DNA from: an uncultured SAR86 cluster bacterium
Lineage (GTDB): Bacteria; Pseudomonadota; Gammaproteobacteria; Magnimaribacterales; D2472
Reading direction: 5' to 3'
Assembly (NCBI GenBank): GCA_902632555.1
Contig: CACPCZ010000004.1
Coordinates: 286-64,285 of the forward strand
DNA length: 64,000 bases
Positions within the stretch are counted from its first letter, which is position 1. Each line of letters begins with the position of its first letter. Both the position numbers and the translations under genes were made by a program. The notes under the pieces were generated by a model. It saw nothing but the letters and a program-made list of their open reading frames with translations, was not told the origin of the DNA and searched no databases. Below, one piece after another: positions 59,136 to 64,000 of the stretch.

Positions 59136-60347
59136 ATGCATCAAGAAATTATAACAAGGTTTAAGTCCCTTAAAGATAAGCAATTGTCGATCGATATAAC
59201 AAGAGGCAAACCAGATGTTGAGCAACTAGATCTATCTAATGAGCTTTTAAGTGTTTCAATATCAACCTTTTCTGAAGATGGTGCCGACCTAAGAAATTAT
59301 GGCGAACCTTTTGGAATATTAGAAGCTAGAAGATTGGGATCGGAATTATTAGATGCACCTATTGGGAATATACTTGCCTGTGAACAATCAAGTTTATTGC
59401 TTACCTATCAAACTATACTGTCTAATTTTCTCTTTGCTGAACCAATACCATGGAAAGATATTAAAAATCCGAAATTTATATGTCCTGTCCCAGGATTTGA
59501 TAGACATTTTATGATGTTAAATGACTTTGGTATTGAAGCATTACCAGTTCCCTTAAATGAAGATGGTGTTGATATTGGGTCTTTTCAGAAAATTTTAGAA
59601 AGTGAAGATAGTGTTGTCGGCATGCTTGGTGTGCCCAGACATTCAAATCCTTCAGGTGAAATTTATTCCGATGATAATTTGTTAAATTTATTTAAGATTG
59701 GAAAAAATTTTTCAAGAGAATTTCTATTTATTTTTGATCATGCTTATTTAATTCATGACTTTCTTCCCTCAAAAAAACAAAAACCACTATGGGAAATTGC
59801 TTCAGAGGCAGGCGTTGAGGAACAAACTGTTATAACAACTTCATTTTCAAAGGTTACCTTTGGTGGTGGAGGAATTTCTTTCGTTGCAGCATCTGGTAAT
59901 CCCTTAAAGTTAATTAAAAAGGTAAGGACAACAATGATAATTTGTCCAGATAAGCTAAACCAGAAAAGACATGTTGAGTTTTTTAAAACTACTGAAAGTG
60001 TAAAGAAGCATATGAAAAAACATGCTGAACTTATCAGACCAAAATTTAAAATAGCGCATTCTTTTCTTGAAAAACTACCGCAAGAATGTGGAAAATTTTC
60101 AACACCGACCGGAGGATATTTTATAACTTATTCAACTGCGAAACCTATTGCCACAAAGGTTGTGTCTTTGTGTAAAGAAATGGGAGTGCTTGTTACACCC
60201 GCAGGATCAACGCATCCAAAAGGTCATGATCCAAATGACAGTGTTATCAGACTAGCACCAACATATGTTTCACAAAATGAGCTTTCGGATGCTATGAATG
60301 TTTTTACCACAGCTGTTCTAATAGCACACTATGATTTAAAAGTTTAA
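59136..60347 (+). CDS. Class I/II PLP-dependent aminotransferase
   Basis: 403 aa. SFSK PLP-lysine motif, HSNPSG and a fold-type I layout. Confidence 0.75.
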   Translation: MHQEIITRFKSLKDKQLSIDITRGKPDVEQLDLSNELLSVSISTFSEDGADLRNYGEPFGILEARRLGSELLDAPIGNILACEQSSLLLTYQTILSNFLFAEPIPWKDIKNPKFICPVPGFDRHFMMLNDFGIEALPVPLNEDGVDIGSFQKILESEDSVVGMLGVPRHSNPSGEIYSDDNLLNLFKIGKNFSREFLFIFDHAYLIHDFLPSKKQKPLWEIASEAGVEEQTVITTSFSKVTFGGGGISFVAASGNPLKLIKKVRTTMIICPDKLNQKRHVEFFKTTESVKKHMKKHAELIRPKFKIAHSFLEKLPQECGKFSTPTGGYFITYSTAKPIATKVVSLCKEMGVLVTPAGSTHPKGHDPNDSVIRLAPTYVSQNELSDAMNVFTTAVLIAHYDLKV

Positions 60348-60676
60348 TTTTTAGTTTTTTCATGTGGAACGTAGGATGTTCCATTAAAGTGAGAAAAAAT
60401 TTTTGAAATGTCCGGATGGTTTGCTGGAATACCTGAAATATCAATATTAAGGTTTTGTTCCGAAACATAAGCAATATAGAAAATCTCCTCATTTTCTGCA
60501 AAGAGATGATAGAAGGGCTGATCTTTTTTTGGTCTAAAATCTTTTGGAATAGCGTTATACCATTCTTCAGTATTATTAAAGGTCGGATCAAGGTCAAAAA
60601 TTACTCCCCTGAAGTTTAAAAATTTGTGTTTTACAACATCACCTATTGAAAACTTTGCTTCCACTAAATCTTGCAT
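60344..60676 (-). CDS. hspQ: Heat shock protein HspQ (hemimethylated DNA-binding YccV family)
   Basis: KFSIGDVVKHKFLNFRGVIFDLDP and QPFYH motifs. Confidence 0.8.
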   Translation of the reverse strand: MQDLVEAKFSIGDVVKHKFLNFRGVIFDLDPTFNNTEEWYNAIPKDFRPKKDQPFYHLFAENEEIFYIAYVSEQNLNIDISGIPANHPDISKIFSHFNGTSYVPHEKTKN

Positions 60677-60712
60677 TATATTTATACAGTAAACTATTAA
60701 AGGAAAAATGTC

Positions 60713-61054
60713 ATGACAGATGATTTAATTGTATTAACAACTTACGATATAAAAAATACAGAAATAATTGAACATATTGGCCTTGTTCAAGGAAGCACTG
60801 TAAGAGGTAGAAATATTGGTTCTGATTTTTTAGCGCAGCTTAAAAATGTTGTGGGAGGCGAATTAGTTGGTTATTCAAAATTATTAACTAGTTCCCGTGA
60901 ACAAGCTTATTCAAGAATGATAGATGATGCTAAATCTAAAGGAGCAAATGCTGTTCTAGGTTTTAGATTTCAAACCTCAACAGTTGCCTCAGGCGCTGCT
61001 GAAATTCTAGCTTATGGCACAGCTGTAAAAATAAAAAAGGAAGAAAATGAATAA
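60713..61054 (+). CDS. YbjQ/UPF0145 family protein
   Basis: 113 aa. GLVQGSTVRGRNIGSDF...GGE...Y and GANAVLG motifs. Confidence 0.8.
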   Translation: MTDDLIVLTTYDIKNTEIIEHIGLVQGSTVRGRNIGSDFLAQLKNVVGGELVGYSKLLTSSREQAYSRMIDDAKSKGANAVLGFRFQTSTVASGAAEILAYGTAVKIKKEENE

Positions 61055-61271
61055 AACTGAAAAAATAGCTTTAAGGGAATCAATTATTGTAGTTCTTATG
61101 GGTGCGGCAATTAATTTCCCACTTCAAACTTATCTACTGTGGCTGACAATTGATAATTGGCAATGGTCAGACCCTCTTAAAATATCAATATTTATACAGA
61201 TAATAATAACTATTGTAGCTCTCTTGCGGGTCTACGTAATTAGAATGAGATTTCAAAGAGGCAAGTTTTAG
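61047..61271 (+). CDS. Hypothetical small 2-TM membrane protein
   Basis: 74 aa with an 8-nt overlap with the ybjQ-like gene. No family recognised. Confidence 0.4.
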   Translation: MNKTEKIALRESIIVVLMGAAINFPLQTYLLWLTIDNWQWSDPLKISIFIQIIITIVALLRVYVIRMRFQRGKF

Positions 61272-61663
61272 TCGTCTTTGTTTGTTTTTTCGTCAGATCT
61301 TTTTTTGCCAGCCTTCATTTTCTTTTTTGCAGCCATCATTCTCATTTGGACTCTTTTATTTATCATGTCTTTGCACCATACATCATAAACAGTAGAGTAA
61401 TTTCCAATTAAATCTGAAAGCAGAACAACTTCAAGCCATTTTTCTTCATTTTCCGGATTCATCTCAATTTCTTCCCATACTGTCTCACTTAGTGAGAGTA
61501 AACCAGCGATCCCATCTTTTGTTTCCTTGCACTCTTTGAAATTCATAAGATAATTAGGATGATCCATTAAGCTATTTCTGTTTTTTTCGATCGACCCTTT
61601 ATGATTGTCAGCTAACAAAATTACAGACAAGAAGGGCACCACTAATAATAATAATTTGTTCAT
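61268..61663 (-). CDS. Hypothetical secreted protein with Lys-rich tail
   Basis: Signal peptide. No family recognised. Confidence 0.45.
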   Translation of the reverse strand: MNKLLLLVVPFLSVILLADNHKGSIEKNRNSLMDHPNYLMNFKECKETKDGIAGLLSLSETVWEEIEMNPENEEKWLEVVLLSDLIGNYSTVYDVWCKDMINKRVQMRMMAAKKKMKAGKKRSDEKTNKDD

Positions 61664-61728
61664 TTTTTCCTCGTTTTTATACCTATATATTAAAGACTAC
61701 ATTTTTTAAAAAAAAGTTCAAATATATA

Positions 61729-61756
61729 TTTACATTTAATTTTAAGTGTCCATAAT
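61729..61756 (+). promoter_or_regulatory. Candidate sigma-70 promoter (TTTACA-N16-CATAAT)
   Basis: Read directly: -35 at 61729-61734 and -10 at 61751-61756. The predicted TSS falls at the base of the downstream hairpin. The AT-rich background lowers specificity. Confidence 0.3.
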
Positions 61757-61762
61757 GCACCG

Positions 61763-61810
61763 ATATTCATACTAATGAACATAGCTCTGAGTGTTTATTA
61801 GTATGAATAT
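61763..61810 (+). promoter_or_regulatory. 20-bp stem / 8-nt loop hairpin covering both candidate start codons of the downstream ORF
   Basis: 61763-61782 pairs with 61791-61810: 18 Watson-Crick pairs plus 2 G.U pairs that are valid only in the plus-strand RNA. The loop is AGCTCTGA. Confidence 0.5.
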
Positions 61811-62060
61811 TTTAGAAATAATCCAAATTTTAAGTGTTTTATTCGGTACATTGATTGCTGCACCCCTTGTTGTTTCAAAAAAAGCAAAAAAAAGATTAGT
61901 TGGTTTGTGTGCAGTAATAGCAGGAAGCTTTTTAGCAATTATCGTGCAGTTTTATCTTGGGCTGTATTATTTCGTATTTGCAAATTTTTTCTGGCTTATA
62001 AATGCATGTAATGGCATAAAAAAAATTAACAGATCAAAAAATAAAAATATTAAGATCTAG
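61791..62060 (+). CDS. Small 3-TM membrane protein (hypothetical)
   Basis: GTG 61791 or ATG 61803 (MNILEII...). Three hydrophobic helices and a basic tail. Confidence 0.5.
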   Translation: MFISMNILEIIQILSVLFGTLIAAPLVVSKKAKKRLVGLCAVIAGSFLAIIVQFYLGLYYFVFANFFWLINACNGIKKINRSKNKNIKI

Positions 62061-62721
62061 TTAAATCATCATATTCTAAAAAAATAATTCCTTTGCTTTG
62101 ATCAGACATTTTAGATATTAATGAAAATGCAACATCAGAGGCACTTATATTTTTATATTTTTTGAGAGGACCTATCAAAAAGTATCCCAAAATATTTGTG
62201 ACTAGCTCAAAAACAATCACCGCATAGTTAACTGGCTCATTTAATCTTTCCCCTAGTAGATGTCCTGGCCTTGCAATGACAACCTTTTCATAATCCATTG
62301 ATATAATTTGATCTTCAGTTTTGCCTTTTACATCTAAGTATGAGTTAAGAGATCCTGATTTGGCTCCCACTGCAGATATAAGACCTATTGATGTTGCTCC
62401 ATGTTTTCTTCCAAATAAAGCGATATTTTTAATAAAATCATGATCAACTTTTTCAAAACTTTTCCTGCTTTTTTTAGGAAGATAAGCAAGCTCCATAATA
62501 GATAGTCTTTTGCCAATGGCAATGTATACCTCATCGAACCTATATTCGTTAGAAATAGAATCAATCTCAGAAAATTCTGTAACTATCTGTTTAATATCTT
62601 TATTTATCTTAAGTTCTTTTCTTAACAATAATGTGATATCAAAAACTTTAGTATCAAATGATTTAAGGATGTTGCTACCAAGGAGACCTGACGCTCCCAC
62701 AATTAAAATTTTCTTATTCAT
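62050..62721 (-). CDS. NAD(P)H-binding (atypical SDR / HTATIP2-like) protein
   Basis: N-terminal ILIVGASGLLGS Rossmann motif. 223 aa. Confidence 0.7.
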   Translation of the reverse strand: MNKKILIVGASGLLGSNILKSFDTKVFDITLLLRKELKINKDIKQIVTEFSEIDSISNEYRFDEVYIAIGKRLSIMELAYLPKKSRKSFEKVDHDFIKNIALFGRKHGATSIGLISAVGAKSGSLNSYLDVKGKTEDQIISMDYEKVVIARPGHLLGERLNEPVNYAVIVFELVTNILGYFLIGPLKKYKNISASDVAFSLISKMSDQSKGIIFLEYDDLTRS

Positions 62722-63208
62722 TTATTATCAATTCAATAGATTTAGTAAGTTCATCTATCGATTTAGATCCATCTAAAGCAACTTCAGCATATTTTTCATA
62801 CATTGGTTGCCTCTCAATATATACCTCGGGAATAGATAATCCATCAGGCACAGCAAGACCTCGCTCTTGACCGACTCCAATTCTTTCAATAATCACATCG
62901 AGAGGCGTATCGATATAAATTATTTTTGAAAAAGACATAAGGTGATGTATAGATATGCTTGAATATATTGCACTACCTCCTGTTGAAATAATTTCAGTTG
63001 TTCTATCAAGGCCAAGAATGGCTTTTTCTTCTGCAGATCTTACAAACTTATACCCAAACTCCTTTTTCACATTTTCTAAGCTCATTTTGTATTCACTTTC
63101 TATAAGATGATCTGTATCAACAAAACTTAGACTATATTTTTCTGAGATAGCTTTACCTAATGTAGATTTACCACATCCGGCCATACCTATAAAACTTATA
63201 TTATTCAT
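62714..63208 (-). CDS. aroK: Shikimate kinase family protein
   Basis: P-loop GMAGCGKST at the chosen start MNNISFIG; the longest ORF extends to 63235. DTD and STGGS motifs. Confidence 0.65.
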   Translation of the reverse strand: MNNISFIGMAGCGKSTLGKAISEKYSLSFVDTDHLIESEYKMSLENVKKEFGYKFVRSAEEKAILGLDRTTEIISTGGSAIYSSISIHHLMSFSKIIYIDTPLDVIIERIGVGQERGLAVPDGLSIPEVYIERQPMYEKYAEVALDGSKSIDELTKSIELIINE

Positions 63209-63620
63209 TCTTATATGACTTTGGGAGTGTGTCATGTTGTTTTAAGTTATCATTAATCTCATACCATGAGGCTTTTGATCCAACGTAGACATGATGAGCT
63301 TCAGGCAAACTAATATCTCCATTTATAGCCCCGACAGAAATATAGTACTTTTCTGATTTATTCTTGTTAAAAAACATTATATTTGATCCACAAATTTCAC
63401 AAAATACTCGTTCACAATCTTGAGAAGAAGCATATGTTTTAGTATTTTGTATGCCAGATTTGTACCTAAAAAACGATTTTTCCACCTCAATAAAACTAGC
63501 AAATGCTGAACCATGAGATCTTCGACATTGGGAACAATGACAATATGAAAAGTACTTAATTTCTTGATTTATTTCAAATGAAACTTTTCTACATTCACAA
63601 TTTCCACTAAGTCTATTCAT
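63201..63620 (-). CDS. GFA (glutathione-dependent formaldehyde-activating / CENP-V) family protein
   Basis: Cys clusters CEC, CHCSQC and CxxCG in the typical order. Start chosen at MNRLSGN; the longest ORF extends to 63638. Confidence 0.7.
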   Translation of the reverse strand: MNRLSGNCECRKVSFEINQEIKYFSYCHCSQCRRSHGSAFASFIEVEKSFFRYKSGIQNTKTYASSQDCERVFCEICGSNIMFFNKNKSEKYYISVGAINGDISLPEAHHVYVGSKASWYEINDNLKQHDTLPKSYKNE

Positions 63621-63999
63621 TTTTAGCAAAGTCCTCATTAGCCTTTATGAGTTCATGAGTTATTTCTTTTTCAAAAGCACTATGACCAGAGTAGGGCGCA
63701 ACTATTAATTCAGATTCAGGCCAATTTTTTGATAATTCCCAGGCTGTTTCCATCGGACAAACAATATCATATCTACCTTGAATTATCTTAGTTGGTATGT
63801 GACGAATTTTATCAATTGAAGAAGAAGAAATTAGTTGATTTTCATTTTCAAGAAAACCTTTATTTATAAAATAATGATTTTCAATAAGTGCAAATGCCAA
63901 AGCAAATTTAGATTCTGAATACGACGAAACCATATCAGGTTTATGACCGAGCGTACTTACAGAACCCTCCCATTTAGACCATGCTATTGCGGCCTCCAT
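63613..63999 (-). CDS. Prolyl aminopeptidase (alpha/beta hydrolase), C-terminal part. The gene continues beyond the window.
   Basis: Open to the window edge. C-terminal catalytic His context (PYSGHSAFE) and typical proline iminopeptidase segments (IQGRYDIVCP). Confidence 0.7.
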   Translation of the reverse strand: MEAAIAWSKWEGSVSTLGHKPDMVSSYSESKFALAFALIENHYFINKGFLENENQLISSSSIDKIRHIPTKIIQGRYDIVCPMETAWELSKNWPESELIVAPYSGHSAFEKEITHELIKANEDFAKNE

Positions 64000-64000
64000 T

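Noticed and set aside
1-64000. Mobile elements, CRISPR arrays, tRNA/rRNA genes, prophage or defence islands.
   Set aside because: I recognised no transposase, integrase, Cas or phage-like ORFs and saw no regularly spaced repeats. No intergenic gap is both large enough and G+C-rich enough to hold a tRNA or rRNA. The gene content is housekeeping and uniformly AT-rich, with no obvious compositional island.

Overview
This is a compact, visibly AT-rich bacterial chromosome segment (roughly one third G+C by eye). It carries about 80 protein-coding genes and almost no intergenic DNA. Many same-strand genes overlap by 4 or 8 nt, and all 10 convergent gene pairs overlap.

Gene content and order point to a streamlined marine gammaproteobacterium. 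The evidence is yggS-proC-yggT-metX-metW-rdgB (Pseudomonas-like synteny), rpoH-trmB, efp-argS-SPOR, thyA-folA next to lgt, rppH, lipB-lipA, uvrD and a Vibrio TonB2-type six-gene cluster. SAR86-like is only a guess and would need a database search.

I found no rRNA, tRNA, CRISPR array, transposase, integrase or phage genes, and no recognisable defence or toxin-antitoxin module. The window therefore reads as ordinary core genome. I cannot point to a convincing new multi-gene system.

The most interesting items are:
- A tightly packed cluster of exported proteins (about 1.9-6.6 kb) built around an uncharacterised parallel beta-helix / diheme cytochrome c pair. The beta-helix gene appears to lack a canonical start codon.
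- An atypical BI-1/YccA-like membrane protein followed by a 63-aa, 9-cysteine protein that has the strongest Shine-Dalgarno I noticed in the window (16.4-17.5 kb).
- A 20-bp hairpin with G.U compensation that buries both candidate start codons of a small membrane protein (61.76-61.81 kb).
- Interlocked stop codons at 7 of the 10 convergent gene junctions.

All family calls come from motif recognition by eye and need HMM or BLAST confirmation.
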